DNA of 64,000 nt from Deltaproteobacteria bacterium (lineage in GTDB: Bacteria; JAGRBM01; JAHCIT01), in NCBI GenBank assembly GCA_026129095.1, contig JAHCIT010000001.1, positions 496,245 to 560,244 on the forward strand, given 5' to 3'. The notes beneath the pieces were generated by a model that saw only the letters and a program-made list of their open reading frames with translations, searched no databases and was not told where the DNA came from. Within the stretch, counting starts at the first letter, position 1. Each line of letters starts with the position of its first letter. The position numbers and the translations under genes were made by a program. Below are positions 39,138 to 50,011 of the stretch, piece by piece.

Positions 39138-40148
39138 ATGTCACGTTCAAAACCATTCAAAGCTTCACCACGTTCCGCTCTGCGGAAGACCGCCGCACCG
39201 GCCAGAAGCCGATTGCGCCAGAAAACCCGTCGCAAGAGGCTGCATGGTAAATCCAGCAGCGCAATTCTCCAAGCGGCGAAAGGAAGCAACGGTTTCTCCC
39301 GGCTTGTCGAAATCATGGCGCTTCTCCGCGCTCCCAACGGGTGCCCCTGGGACCGGGAACAGGATTTCGATACGATAAAACCGTATACACTTGAGGAAAC
39401 CTACGAAGTAATGGAGGCGATAGATGCCCGCGACTGGGAATCCCTCAAGGAAGAACTGGGCGACCTGCTTTTCCAGGTAGTGTTTTATGCCCAAATCGCC
39501 AGTGAATACGGGTATTTTTCCATTGACGATGTAACAGAGGCTATCGTCCACAAAATGATTACCCGCCATCCGCACGTCTTTGGCGATCTGAGTGTCAAAG
39601 GTTCCCATGATGTCGTGGCGAACTGGGAAGCAATCAAGCGGCACGAGAAGGCAAAACGGCGCGAAAGCTTGCTGGATGGCGTACCGCCGGAGCTTCCAGC
39701 GCTCGTTCGCGCTTCGCGCATCAGCGAAAAGGCCGCCCGTGCAGGTTACGACTGGCCTGACCGGAATATGCTCTGGAATAAGCTGGACGAAGAGATAGGT
39801 GAGCTCGAAGAAGCCATTTACGGAAAGCAGGGAAGACCGAAGGTGAGGGCCTCCGTAAAAGGGCCTATCAAAAACGAAAAGCCCATAGTGCCGGCAAAAC
39901 GCCGCGAACATGTGGAGGAGGAAATCGGCGACGTCCTGTTCGTTGTGGCGAACATCGCCCGCCGGTTTCACCTGTCGGCCGAGGATGCCCTTCGCAAGTC
40001 GAACGCCAAGTTCTATCGCCGGTTTCGCCATATAGAGACAGCTATCGAGTCGAACGGACTGCAGTTCAAGGACGTGTCACTTGAGCAGATGGAAGAATTT
40101 TACCAGCAGGCGCGCCAAGCCGAAGGAAAGACAAGAGTGAGGAAGTAG
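39138..40148 (+). CDS. mazG: Nucleoside triphosphate pyrophosphohydrolase
   Basis: GCPWDREQ, EETYEV, EELGDLL, RHPHVF, EEIGDVLF. Confidence 0.95.
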   Translation: MSRSKPFKASPRSALRKTAAPARSRLRQKTRRKRLHGKSSSAILQAAKGSNGFSRLVEIMALLRAPNGCPWDREQDFDTIKPYTLEETYEVMEAIDARDWESLKEELGDLLFQVVFYAQIASEYGYFSIDDVTEAIVHKMITRHPHVFGDLSVKGSHDVVANWEAIKRHEKAKRRESLLDGVPPELPALVRASRISEKAARAGYDWPDRNMLWNKLDEEIGELEEAIYGKQGRPKVRASVKGPIKNEKPIVPAKRREHVEEEIGDVLFVVANIARRFHLSAEDALRKSNAKFYRRFRHIETAIESNGLQFKDVSLEQMEEFYQQARQAEGKTRVRK

Positions 40149-40169
40149 ATCGGGAGGAGCTCGATATCC

Positions 40170-40709
40170 ATGAACACGCTGGATTTTTTCCATATTCATG
40201 CTCGCTACAACCGGTGGATGAACAGAAAGATATATGATGCAGCCGCAGAATTTCCCGACGCTGAACGAAAACGGGATCTCGGCGCATTTTTCAAATCAAT
40301 CCACGGGACACTCAATCATCTCGTCCTGACCGACCGGATATGGCTTGGCCGGTTTACGGGAGACACCGAACGATTCCGCTCACTGGATTCGAGCGGGAAA
40401 CCGATTGACATACATTCGCTGGGCCAGGTTCTCTATGAGGACTTCGCTGAACTGCGCCATGAGCGGGAACGCACCGACAGTGATATCGGCAAATTTGTGG
40501 ATTCACTGAGCCAAGATGTTCTTGAGACCCCCCTTCATTACAAAACGAGTTCCGGGGAGCCCTGCAGCCATCCCTTGTGGTGGGCCCTGATGCATATGTT
40601 CAACCACGGCACCCACCATCGTGGACAAACGACAACGCTGCTAAAGCAACTCGGCAAGGATCCTGGCGTCACCGATCTGGTGGCAATGCTGAGGAATAAT
40701 GAGGGATAA
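40170..40709 (+). CDS. DinB family protein
   Basis: FFKSIHGTLNH, HMFNHGTHHRGQ. Confidence 0.92.
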   Translation: MNTLDFFHIHARYNRWMNRKIYDAAAEFPDAERKRDLGAFFKSIHGTLNHLVLTDRIWLGRFTGDTERFRSLDSSGKPIDIHSLGQVLYEDFAELRHERERTDSDIGKFVDSLSQDVLETPLHYKTSSGEPCSHPLWWALMHMFNHGTHHRGQTTTLLKQLGKDPGVTDLVAMLRNNEG

Positions 40710-40710
40710 A

Positions 40711-41763
40711 CTACCCCTGCGCTTCCTGACACCATTCGGGGTAGGTTTCGCCCTTGGGAAAATAAACGACGCGGTTCTTTTTATACTCGGTAGTAGAAAA
40801 AAGAACCGTGTAGTCTTTGAGCCCCGAGTCTTTTGAAAGTTCGGCAATGATATGACGACAGGCGTCGTCAGATTCCCCGTGAACCATTGTGAAGAGATTG
40901 TATTTCCAGTCGGCATATACCGGGCGGCGATAGCAGTGAGAGACAGCCCGGTATTGACCGAACATTTCTCCGTATTTATCTACTTCACTTTCGTCCACCC
41001 GCCATACGCCCATCCCGTTGGACTTGAATCCGGCTTTGCGGTGATTCAGGATGGCAGCATTCCGGCGAAATAGCCCTCGATCGTGCATCTCGACAGTCTT
41101 TTCCTTAAGACGAGGGAACGGGACCCCGAGCCGCGCCGCCATCTCGACATAAGGCTGTTCCACCAACGCGAGATCTTCCTGTAGTTCTCGAATGTAGGCA
41201 ATATCCTCTTCGGATAGCTTGGCTGGTTCTTCCAGCAGTTTATCCCAAACCGGAGCCTTTTCCTTAGCGGTGAGGTTTTCGGTCTTTCGGCCTTCGTCGG
41301 TAAGATCAAGTTTCACGCCAATCTTGTACAGACGGAGAGTCTGCATAATTCGGGTGGAAATGGCCCCCGACGCCTTGTGAATGGCCTCCACATGCCTCTC
41401 CAAGCTCTGTCCCGGTGGTACGGCAATGGTGAACCAGATGTTGAATTCGTGATTGCGTTTGTAGTTATGGGAAACGCCAGGGTGTTCGCTTACAACCGCA
41501 GCTACCTGATCGCATTTTTCCGGATCAGCCTTGATCGCTACCAGTGACGACTTGTACCCCATGTTGCGCGAGTCGAAAATGACGCCGATCTGGCGGATGA
41601 TATTCTGGTCCTTGAGCCGCCGGACACGCTCCAGGCATTCAGCCTCGCTGACCCCCACCTTTTGACCCAGATCGCGAAAGGGATGCTCAGAAATGGGAAT
41701 CTCTTCCTGCATGATCGTGGTGAGCTGCTTGTCTATGGCGTCAAGCTGATCAAGTGTGGACAT
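40711..41763 (-). CDS. Fused siroheme decarboxylase AhbA-AhbB (NirDL-like, AsnC fold)
   Basis: Two halves with HPGVSHNYKR and VSHCYRR...YNLFTMVHG. Confidence 0.85.
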   Translation of the reverse strand: MSTLDQLDAIDKQLTTIMQEEIPISEHPFRDLGQKVGVSEAECLERVRRLKDQNIIRQIGVIFDSRNMGYKSSLVAIKADPEKCDQVAAVVSEHPGVSHNYKRNHEFNIWFTIAVPPGQSLERHVEAIHKASGAISTRIMQTLRLYKIGVKLDLTDEGRKTENLTAKEKAPVWDKLLEEPAKLSEEDIAYIRELQEDLALVEQPYVEMAARLGVPFPRLKEKTVEMHDRGLFRRNAAILNHRKAGFKSNGMGVWRVDESEVDKYGEMFGQYRAVSHCYRRPVYADWKYNLFTMVHGESDDACRHIIAELSKDSGLKDYTVLFSTTEYKKNRVVYFPKGETYPEWCQEAQG

Positions 41764-41987
41764 GGGTTCTTCTCCTCAAACACCTCGGGATCCGGGACAG
41801 ACCCAAGCCCCAAGAGCGTCGGTCACCCAAATCCACCGTTTTCCAATGTAGCCATCAACCGGGCGGGGGTCCATATCAGCAGACCCGCTGTATTTGCTCC
41901 CATCCGGTGCTAGCGTCTATGGGCCAGTGTCGCCGCAATGCGCCCGGCTCCGCCACTTTTACCAACTCCGGACAGGAGGGATACCCC

Positions 41988-43277
41988 TTGCCCAAGAATA
42001 CCATCACCATTACCGACAATCGCACCGGAAAAACCTATGAAGTTCCGGTAGAGAACGACACCATTAGGGCGATGGATTTGAGGCAGATCAAGGTTAATTC
42101 CGACGATTTCGGGATGATGACCTATGATCCCGCCTTCACCAATACGGCTTCCTGCCAAAGCAGCATTACCTTTATTGACGGCGACAAGGGGATTCTCGAA
42201 TACAGAGGTATTCCAATACAGGAACTCGCCGAACATTCAACCTACCTTGAAGTCGCCTATCTGCTGGTACACGGCAAGTTGCCGACCAAGGATGAGCTGG
42301 TTGAATGGGACCGGAACATTACCTATCACACGTTTGTCCACGAGAATGTGAAGAAGTTCGTTGAGGGATTCCGGCATGACGCGCATCCAATGGGAATGAT
42401 GATTTCGACACTGGGGGCGCTTTCGACCTTTTATCCCAGTGCCAAGAATATCCACGACCCCGTAGAGCGACAGCTGAATACCTACCGGCTGATCGCAAAG
42501 ATGCCGACACTGGCTGCCTGGGCCTACCGTCACCTGCTCGGAATGCCCTATGTGTACCCCGACAACGAGCTATCGTTCGCCGGAAACTTTCTTGCCATGA
42601 TGTTCAAGATGGCTGAACGGCGCTATCTGCCACATCCGGCCGTCGAGCGGGCTCTGGACGTGTTGTTCATCCTGCATGCCGATCACGAACAGAACTGCTC
42701 GACCAACACCATGCGGTCGATCGGTTCCAGCCATGCCGATCCATTTTCCTGTGTGGCCGGCGCCACCGCCGCTCTCTACGGGCCGCTCCATGGCGGCGCC
42801 AACCAGGCAGTTCTGGAAATGATTGACAAGATCGGCTCCAAGGCCCGCGTGACCGAATTTATCAAGGGGTGCAAGGACGGTTCGAACCGGCTGATGGGAT
42901 TCGGCCACCGCGTATACAAGAACTATGACCCTCGGGCGAAGATAATCAAGAAACTCGCCAATGAGGTATTTGATGCTCTTGGCAGCAACCCGAAAATCGA
43001 GATCGCTTTGGAAATCGAGCGGATCGCACTTGAGGATGACTACTTTGTGAGCCGCAAGTTGTACCCAAATGTCGATTTCTATTCCGGTCTCATCTACGAG
43101 GCGCTCCGGATACCGGTGGATATGTTCACCGTCCTGTTCGCTATTCCGCGAACAGCCGGATGGATCGCCCAGTGGATTGAGATGCTTAACGACAAGGAGC
43201 AGAAGATTGCACGCCCCCGGCAGGTATATACGGGTGCCCGCGGCATGAAGTTCGTTCCCTTAAAAGATCGCAAATAA
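41988..43277 (+). CDS. gltA: Citrate synthase
   Basis: ILHADHEQNCST, GPLHGGAN, LMGFGHRVYKNYDPR, YPNVDFYSG; TTG after GGAGG. Confidence 0.96.
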   Translation: MPKNTITITDNRTGKTYEVPVENDTIRAMDLRQIKVNSDDFGMMTYDPAFTNTASCQSSITFIDGDKGILEYRGIPIQELAEHSTYLEVAYLLVHGKLPTKDELVEWDRNITYHTFVHENVKKFVEGFRHDAHPMGMMISTLGALSTFYPSAKNIHDPVERQLNTYRLIAKMPTLAAWAYRHLLGMPYVYPDNELSFAGNFLAMMFKMAERRYLPHPAVERALDVLFILHADHEQNCSTNTMRSIGSSHADPFSCVAGATAALYGPLHGGANQAVLEMIDKIGSKARVTEFIKGCKDGSNRLMGFGHRVYKNYDPRAKIIKKLANEVFDALGSNPKIEIALEIERIALEDDYFVSRKLYPNVDFYSGLIYEALRIPVDMFTVLFAIPRTAGWIAQWIEMLNDKEQKIARPRQVYTGARGMKFVPLKDRK

Positions 43278-43298
43278 GCCGGTCCCCAATTGGGTATC

Positions 43299-44213
43299 AT
43301 GAGTTTGCTGTCTGAGTTCCCTCGTACCGGGCGAGTTGTATTCTGCCCAGGCCCTAACCGATCACCATATCCAAACTGCAACGGTCTGTACGTGGAAGGG
43401 GATATCCGTATTCTCATTGACCAGGGCGGTTCGGCAATTCAGGCAAAATCCATTGCTGCCGGGCCCGGCATCGATCGGCTGTATGTCACCCATTGGCATG
43501 AGGATCATGCACTATCGGCCTGCCAGTTGCCGGAAATTCCTCTTTTTGCCCCAGCAGCCGACCGGGAACCGATCGAGACCCGGAAGGCGACTCATGCTCG
43601 TGGCGGAATCCATGATAAGATGCTTCAGGCCCAGATGGATGCGCTTTATGACGGCATGGGATTCACCCACCGGAAGGTGGACTCATTTGTGGAACCAGAG
43701 AGTGAAATAGATCTCGGTGGTATCACGATGATAGCGTTGCATGCTCCCGGCCATACTTCGGGCCATACCTGCTATTGGTTTCCGAAAGAATCCGTTCTGG
43801 TTTTGGGTGACTACGATCTCACTCGTGCCGGGCCGGTTTGCCCCGATCTCGATTCCAGTGTGCGGAATACGTATCAGTCGCTTGCCCGCCTACAACGGCT
43901 TCCGGTGAAATTTGCCGCAGCGGCACATGGCCGCGGCTGGTTCGATGGCGAGGAGTACAAAACCCGCATGGCTGCCTATCTGGAAGTGCTAGACCGGCGT
44001 CTCGATGCGATTTTGGACCTCGTTCGTGCTGGGGATACGACGATTCCCTCGCTCGCCCGTCATTTCCAGAAACTATTCAATTTCCCTGTTTTGCCGGGCT
44101 ACGAAGCATGGGGTGCGGTTTCCGGGCAGATGCTGATCCGTCCGATGACCCGGTACTTGTGCGAAGAGGAGCGCCTTATCGAGCCAGAACCAGACCGTTT
44201 CGAAGCAGTTTGA
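43299..44213 (+). CDS. MBL-fold metallo-hydrolase
   Basis: THWHEDH, PGHTSGH, GD. Confidence 0.88.
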   Translation: MSLLSEFPRTGRVVFCPGPNRSPYPNCNGLYVEGDIRILIDQGGSAIQAKSIAAGPGIDRLYVTHWHEDHALSACQLPEIPLFAPAADREPIETRKATHARGGIHDKMLQAQMDALYDGMGFTHRKVDSFVEPESEIDLGGITMIALHAPGHTSGHTCYWFPKESVLVLGDYDLTRAGPVCPDLDSSVRNTYQSLARLQRLPVKFAAAAHGRGWFDGEEYKTRMAAYLEVLDRRLDAILDLVRAGDTTIPSLARHFQKLFNFPVLPGYEAWGAVSGQMLIRPMTRYLCEEERLIEPEPDRFEAV

Positions 44214-44221
44214 GCCGACCC

Positions 44222-45085
44222 CTATTTTTCCACAAAATGCTCCATTCTCCTGCCCGGATTATCGGTATCAAAAACCACATAATGGACGATTCCCTTATAG
44301 GGATCCTGACCGGGATTGACGCATATGGTGGAGCCGATCTCGTCACGATAGCTGCCAGTCATGGCCGGGGATTCGTGAATGTGGCCATGAAGAGAAAGGG
44401 CCGGCTGTGTCTTTTCTATGAACTCCCGAACAGCCAGCGAACCTACATGCTTCCCAAGCATCATCTTGTCCAGGCTCGTTTCAATGGGTGGGCAATGGGC
44501 AACAAGGATTGAAACGCCCTTTTTCTGTTTCTCGGCGAGTGGCGCCATCTCTTCTTCCAGCGTGGGCAGAACACTTAAGACAGGATCGTCCTCAAACTTG
44601 AAATATTCGAGTTTCATTTCCTCGCCGGTCACTACACCGTTCAAGAGCCGCATTTTGGCGGGCAATATTCCCGACCGCTTGTCCCACCGCTCGAAATCCT
44701 TGAGCGGAAACGGAGAGATATCCACACAGTTGTAGCCCGATAGCAGGAGACCCGGTTCCAGTTCAGCGGATTTCAGGTGCAGATATTCGATAATATCGCC
44801 GTCTCGATCCGCAAACAGTTTTTCAGCTGCCCTGGAATCGTCATTTCCCATGATGAAAAAGATACGCGTCCGAGGACGCTTGAGCCGGAACTGTTCCAGC
44901 AAAGGGAACAGTGTATTCCGGTGCCAGTCCACCTGGTGCTGGACAAACTTGCCGTCCCGGAAGTTCTTGGGTGCCAGATCTCCACCAAAAATAATCGCAC
45001 CACAATCACGGCGGTGAGCCGCAGCAAGCACAGCCTCATAGTGTTTCATCGAACCGTGAAGATCGCTGATATAGGCTACCCGCAT
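44222..45085 (-). CDS. Metallophosphoesterase
   Basis: SDLHG, GGDL, GNDD, HCPP, HGHIHE. Confidence 0.9.
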   Translation of the reverse strand: MRVAYISDLHGSMKHYEAVLAAAHRRDCGAIIFGGDLAPKNFRDGKFVQHQVDWHRNTLFPLLEQFRLKRPRTRIFFIMGNDDSRAAEKLFADRDGDIIEYLHLKSAELEPGLLLSGYNCVDISPFPLKDFERWDKRSGILPAKMRLLNGVVTGEEMKLEYFKFEDDPVLSVLPTLEEEMAPLAEKQKKGVSILVAHCPPIETSLDKMMLGKHVGSLAVREFIEKTQPALSLHGHIHESPAMTGSYRDEIGSTICVNPGQDPYKGIVHYVVFDTDNPGRRMEHFVEK

Positions 45086-45090
45086 CAAAA

Positions 45091-45681
45091 TTATCCCGGC
45101 AAATTGATGCCGTACCGTCGCGTCCATGTGCCATCAAAAGCAAAATAGGTAGGATCATCATAAAGGCATAGGTCCACACGGCAAACCGGATCTGCATTGC
45201 CTTTGAGAAACGACTCGCATGCATCGATAATGATTTCCGACGCCTCGACTTTGGGAAATCCGAAGATGCCAGTGGAAACCGCCGGAAACACAATGCTTTC
45301 CAGTTTTTCCTCGCGGGCCAGTTTCAGGCCGGAATAAATTGCTGATCGGAGCTTTTCGGATTCACTGCCTTCGCCCCACTGAGGGCCTACCACATGTATG
45401 ACTCTTCTGGCGGGCAGACTGCCCGCCCCGGTGGATCGCGCCCCGCCAACAGGCACAGGCCCGTATATCTGCACCGAACGTGTGGATTCATCCTGGACTT
45501 CGCGGCCGCCGTTGCGAACGATCTGGGCGGCCACCCCACCTCCATGCGCCAAATTCGAGTTGGCCGCGTTCACTATGGCATCGGCCGGCACATGGCAGAT
45601 ATCGCCATTCAGGAGCCTGAGTCCCCGTCCAGCGACTGTTACCGTCCGCATTACCCGGTATGGAGTTTCCCGTGGCACCAA
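45091..45681 (-). CDS. Macro domain protein (ADP-ribose hydrolase)
   Basis: GDI, DAIVNAAN, HGGGVA, IHVVGP, PAVSTGIFGFP. Confidence 0.93.
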   Translation of the reverse strand: MVPRETPYRVMRTVTVAGRGLRLLNGDICHVPADAIVNAANSNLAHGGGVAAQIVRNGGREVQDESTRSVQIYGPVPVGGARSTGAGSLPARRVIHVVGPQWGEGSESEKLRSAIYSGLKLAREEKLESIVFPAVSTGIFGFPKVEASEIIIDACESFLKGNADPVCRVDLCLYDDPTYFAFDGTWTRRYGINLPG

Positions 45682-45755
45682 CCACTGAGGATACCGGTAC
45701 GAGCGGCAGGTTCAACCAGCACGGCCGCGGGGCGATTGGGATTTCCTGCGCTGCC

Positions 45756-46739
45756 CTATGCCGACGCTTCCCAGTTCTCGAACTTGAGGATATCGAGTTC
45801 CTGGAACCGCTGGCGGAGGTCGCCGGTGAGCAGGCCAATACGCCGCAGGTTCGGAACTATCTTGGAAAAAAGCATCTTGCGGAATTCCCGCATCGCGGGA
45901 GAGTTCATGGATAGATCCAGGCACCGGTCCACGTCGAAACCCATCTTCTGCCACACTTCGAGCCCGTTAAACCGGTCACGCATCAGGACACAGGCTTCGT
46001 AGGCAAAATCCTGCCGTTCCTTGAACTCCTTTTCGCTCATCTGGTCGTAAAGGCCCCTGAGACTCATCACGCCGAAGGCTACATGCCGAGCCTCATCCAG
46101 CATGACGTGCTTGGTTAAATCCTTGATGAGCGGTTCCTTGGAGAAATTATGCATGAAGTTGAACGCAGCCAGGGCCAGTCCCTCGACCATGATCTGCATG
46201 CCGAGATATTTCATGTCCCAGCGTGAATCAGCGAGGATCAGGTCGAGAAGCGTCTTGAGATGTGGATTGACCGGGTATTCCATCTCCACCTTGTCTCGAA
46301 GGTATTTGTCATAAACTTCTACATGACGCGCCTCGTCCATCACCTGCGTGGCCGCGTAATACTTGGCATCAATCCACGGAACCGCGTCTACAATCTGTGC
46401 CGTTGCAAGCAGGGCTCCCTGCTCACCATGCAAAAATTGCGATAATGTCCATGACTGGAATTCGTGCCGAAGGCGTCGGATGTCTCGCTCGTTCAGTTTC
46501 TTCCACATGTCAGTGCCATAGATAGCGATCTGGGCATCGGGCATGTTCTCGGCTTCAGGATCCACGTCGATTCCCCAATTCAGTTCTGTTTGACCGTTCC
46601 ATTGCCCCTGCTTGGCCTTCTCATAAAGGCTGCGGAGATCTTCGCGCTGGGTATCGTAGTTCCAGGTATACAGCGTATCGAACTTGGTCTCGACATGGTC
46701 GAGCGCTTGACCAAGATTTCGTGGCAGCGGCTGGGACAT
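45756..46739 (-). CDS. Ferritin-like (AurF-like) di-iron protein
   Basis: QFLHGEQGAL, DEARHVE, VEGLA, DEARHVAFG. Confidence 0.88.
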   Translation of the reverse strand: MSQPLPRNLGQALDHVETKFDTLYTWNYDTQREDLRSLYEKAKQGQWNGQTELNWGIDVDPEAENMPDAQIAIYGTDMWKKLNERDIRRLRHEFQSWTLSQFLHGEQGALLATAQIVDAVPWIDAKYYAATQVMDEARHVEVYDKYLRDKVEMEYPVNPHLKTLLDLILADSRWDMKYLGMQIMVEGLALAAFNFMHNFSKEPLIKDLTKHVMLDEARHVAFGVMSLRGLYDQMSEKEFKERQDFAYEACVLMRDRFNGLEVWQKMGFDVDRCLDLSMNSPAMREFRKMLFSKIVPNLRRIGLLTGDLRQRFQELDILKFENWEASA

Positions 46740-46922
46740 GACGTGAATCCTCCTGAACCTGTATATGGTTCGGGGCCGGATGACCCGCCTCCAATACGGT
46801 CCGCATTGTCGCCGACCGTTCGGTCGGGGAGGATGATCCAGATCAGTTTTTGATGCGGGTGAGCAGAAATAACCAGGATAAATGATGTCGATATTCTTGG
46901 GTTATACCGAGAGAGATCATCC

Positions 46923-47447
46923 CTACAACTTTCTCCACAAACGGCGTAACAAGCTGGGTTTGTCCTCGTGAATTTCGACTTCGCTGGAATAGGGTAGCAG
47001 CGCCCCGAAAGTTGCTCGTTGAGCTTCAAACACCGCCAGGGCCTCATTCCAACTCGATGTTCGTCCGGTGGCTCCAAGTCGGCATTGAGCCTGGGGGTCG
47101 AAAATCAGTGCTTCCAGCCGGACGGCCAGATGGCGAGCCACCTTACCCGCCAGCTCAAAACCGTCACGCCCGGTTTCCAGCCCGGTCCGGATTACCACAG
47201 TCGTAAGCGGTCCCCCTTCCCCCGATTCATGGCCGGTGACGACCTGCACCTCAAAAATGGTTCCATCGGCAAGCGTCGCCTGCACGTCATAGCCGTTGGC
47301 CGTGGGAAGCGAATCAGGAAACCGTTTCATGGCATCCTTCACCGCTGCTGGCGAAAGCGGTTCGAGACAGCTCTCCTCTCCGAGCTCACCGCGAAAGACG
47401 TAAAGATCGTACGGAATGGAGCGGGGGCGTTTGGGGAAAACAGGCAT
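46923..47447 (-). CDS. Hypothetical protein
   Basis: ORF fills the gap before divergent purD; no recognised motif. Confidence 0.5.
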   Translation of the reverse strand: MPVFPKRPRSIPYDLYVFRGELGEESCLEPLSPAAVKDAMKRFPDSLPTANGYDVQATLADGTIFEVQVVTGHESGEGGPLTTVVIRTGLETGRDGFELAGKVARHLAVRLEALIFDPQAQCRLGATGRTSSWNEALAVFEAQRATFGALLPYSSEVEIHEDKPSLLRRLWRKL

Positions 47448-47538
47448 ACACGAAGCGCAAGAATGACCGGCGAAAAGGCCAAGAGGAACCCCCGCCCCGG
47501 ATTTGCCTCCTTTCCTCCAGCGGCTATGGTCACGCACG

Positions 47539-48819
47539 ATGAATGTGCTCGTACTGGGAAGTGGTGGACGCGAACATGCCCTGGCGTGGAGGCTGCAGCA
47601 GGGGCCAAAGGGCCGAAAAGTGGTCTGTGCTCCCGGAAACCCTGGAATCGCGCAAGATGTAGAAACCACCACATTCGATATTCTGGATCCGGCGCAGGTT
47701 GTCGAGGCAGCAAAAACGCAGGGAGCAGATCTCGTAATTATAGGTCCTGAGGCTCCGCTTGTTGCCGGCGTGGCTGATGCCCTCCTTGAAGCTGATATCC
47801 CTGTATTCGGGCCAAGTCAGTGGGCCGCACAACTTGAGTCGAGCAAGTCGTTCGCCAAGAAAATCTTCAATGACAACAAGATACCAACGGCGCGGGGAGA
47901 GACGTTCACCACCGCCAAAGAAGCCCTTAACTACCTGGACGATCTGGGCTTCAACTGCGTCATCAAGGCCGACGGGCTGGCTGCCGGCAAAGGAGTGATT
48001 CTCTGCGACACGCAGGAGGACGCCATCATTGCTATTGACCGGATTATGACGCGCAGGGAATTTGGGGATGCCGGTGCGAAAATCGTGATCGAGGAAAAGC
48101 TTGCGGGCGAGGAGGTAAGCGTATTCGCGCTTACTGACGGCGAGCGTATTCTCATGCTTCCCACGGCTCAGGACCACAAGCGCGTCTTCGATGACGACGA
48201 AGGTCCCAATACTGGCGGCATGGGAGCCTATGGACCCGCACCGGTACTCGACAACAAGAGCCTGAAGAAGGTTGTCGAAAAAATTCTTGAGCCTACCGTG
48301 AAGGCGATGGCCCGAGGTGGGCATCCTTACCGGGGTGTTCTTTATGCCGGGCTGATGGTGACCGAAGATGGCCCGAAAATTCTTGAGTACAACTGCCGGT
48401 TCGGCGACCCCGAGTGCCAGGTGCTGATGATGTTACTGGATGAAGACCTCGCACCGCTGCTCCATGCCTGCGCCACCGGTAAAGTTGAACCGGGACGGGC
48501 GCCGAAATTGTATAAGGGTGCCGCTGCTTGCGTGGTAATGGCTTCCGGGGGGTATCCAGACAAGTTCAAAAAGAGCCTCGCCATTACCGGGATTCCTGCT
48601 GGCGAACCGGATCTCAAGGTTTTTCATGCCGGCACGGCAATAAAAGATGGCAGGCTCGTTACCAACGGTGGCAGGGTTCTAGGTGTCACCGCACGTGGTG
48701 CAGACCTGCGGGAAGCACTCAAGACCGCCTACAATGCTTGCGGGCAAATCACATGGGACGGTGTGCATTACCGCAAGGACATCGGACGAAAGGGCCTTAA
48801 ACGGCTGGGGTTGATCTAG
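47539..48819 (+). CDS. purD: Phosphoribosylamine-glycine ligase
   Basis: GSGGREHAL, KADGLAAGKGV, QDHKR, GPNTGGMGAY, EYNCRFGDPE. Confidence 0.97.
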   Translation: MNVLVLGSGGREHALAWRLQQGPKGRKVVCAPGNPGIAQDVETTTFDILDPAQVVEAAKTQGADLVIIGPEAPLVAGVADALLEADIPVFGPSQWAAQLESSKSFAKKIFNDNKIPTARGETFTTAKEALNYLDDLGFNCVIKADGLAAGKGVILCDTQEDAIIAIDRIMTRREFGDAGAKIVIEEKLAGEEVSVFALTDGERILMLPTAQDHKRVFDDDEGPNTGGMGAYGPAPVLDNKSLKKVVEKILEPTVKAMARGGHPYRGVLYAGLMVTEDGPKILEYNCRFGDPECQVLMMLLDEDLAPLLHACATGKVEPGRAPKLYKGAAACVVMASGGYPDKFKKSLAITGIPAGEPDLKVFHAGTAIKDGRLVTNGGRVLGVTARGADLREALKTAYNACGQITWDGVHYRKDIGRKGLKRLGLI

Positions 48820-48826
48820 TAGCGAT

Positions 48827-49312
48827 ATGAGCAAGCAAATACTGGTCGCAATCGATTTTACACCAATCACCACACATCTTATCCAAGAAGCCGTTCGGCT
48901 AGCCGAACCTGGCCGTGCAAAGGTCCGGCTCATTCATGTTGTCGGCAAAGATACCATGACGCTCTGGTTCGACCGGATGACGGAGTTCACCGTCTTTGGT
49001 GCGCCCGAACAGACGATGCTGGAGCAGATGCGGATGAAGCTAGCTGACCGGGCTGACGAGCTGATCGCCCAGCTTGCGAAAGATTTTTCCAAGCCAGATG
49101 TCGAGGTCACAGGACGGGTGGCCAAGGGAAGTGTTGTGGATGAAGTGGTGAAAGAGGCAAAGGCAATCCGTGCCGATCTACTCATCTGCGCTGCCCACCA
49201 GCACGAAAGCCTGAGTCATACACTGCTAGGCAGCGTTGCCTCCAAGCTGGCTGAAAAGGCGCCCTGCTCAGTCATGGTGGTCCGCCAGCCCGCGGACACC
49301 GTGAGAGACTGA
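48827..49312 (+). CDS. Universal stress protein
   Basis: ILVAIDF, LLGSVA, APCSVMVV. Confidence 0.9.
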   Translation: MSKQILVAIDFTPITTHLIQEAVRLAEPGRAKVRLIHVVGKDTMTLWFDRMTEFTVFGAPEQTMLEQMRMKLADRADELIAQLAKDFSKPDVEVTGRVAKGSVVDEVVKEAKAIRADLLICAAHQHESLSHTLLGSVASKLAEKAPCSVMVVRQPADTVRD

Positions 49313-49318
49313 AAGTTC

Positions 49319-50011
49319 ATGGCCAGCTACCGCGTACGTCCCTATGATCCGGACCGCGATATAGACGCTTGCGCCCGGGTGCAGGTGTCGGCCTTCGGTC
49401 ACAACCACTGGCCCTTCTGGCGAAAGGCGCACTCTCGGCTTGCCCGGGATTTTGTGGCCTTTATGGGCGGGCTTGGAAACCTGAACCTCGTTGCCGAGGA
49501 GATGGAATCTGGCCGCGTGTCAGGCTTTGTGTTTGCCGCCTCCCCCCTAGATAGCCGCTCGCTCCTGAATGCTTCTGGCAAGATTATAAAACTGCTCGGA
49601 TTTGGAATGATCGGGCTTCCCGGCTGGAAGAGCATCGCTTTCCGCCATGCCCGGCGGTTCATTTCGGCAATGTCCAGGCTGATGCGTGAGCATCCTTCAT
49701 ATGATCCACACACGGAAATACTGGAATTTGCGGTTCATGAGGAGGCACAGGGCAAAGGTGTGGGCCGCATGCTGATGAATTCGGCCGTAAGAGAACTCGC
49801 TCGGCGGGGGGCAAAACAGATCGTCCTAATGACTGACTCAACGATGAGCTGGCGGTTTTACGAACGCTATGGGTACAAACGGGTGCGCGACGTGGATTTT
49901 GGGAACGCCTATGAACTTGCCACCGGCTCACTCTCGGAGCATGGTTACTCCTATGAACTGGATATTCCAGACAAAATGAACGCCTTGCAGCGCGAGGGCC
50001 GAGCAGCCTAG
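49319..50011 (+). CDS. GNAT N-acetyltransferase
   Basis: AQGKGVGRMLM, FYERYGY. Confidence 0.88.
   Translation: MASYRVRPYDPDRDIDACARVQVSAFGHNHWPFWRKAHSRLARDFVAFMGGLGNLNLVAEEMESGRVSGFVFAASPLDSRSLLNASGKIIKLLGFGMIGLPGWKSIAFRHARRFISAMSRLMREHPSYDPHTEILEFAVHEEAQGKGVGRMLMNSAVRELARRGAKQIVLMTDSTMSWRFYERYGYKRVRDVDFGNAYELATGSLSEHGYSYELDIPDKMNALQREGRAA

Noticed and set aside
39138-45681. mazG and macro domain as an anti-phage island
   Set aside because: Canonical housekeeping forms among core genes; no toxin partner or composition shift
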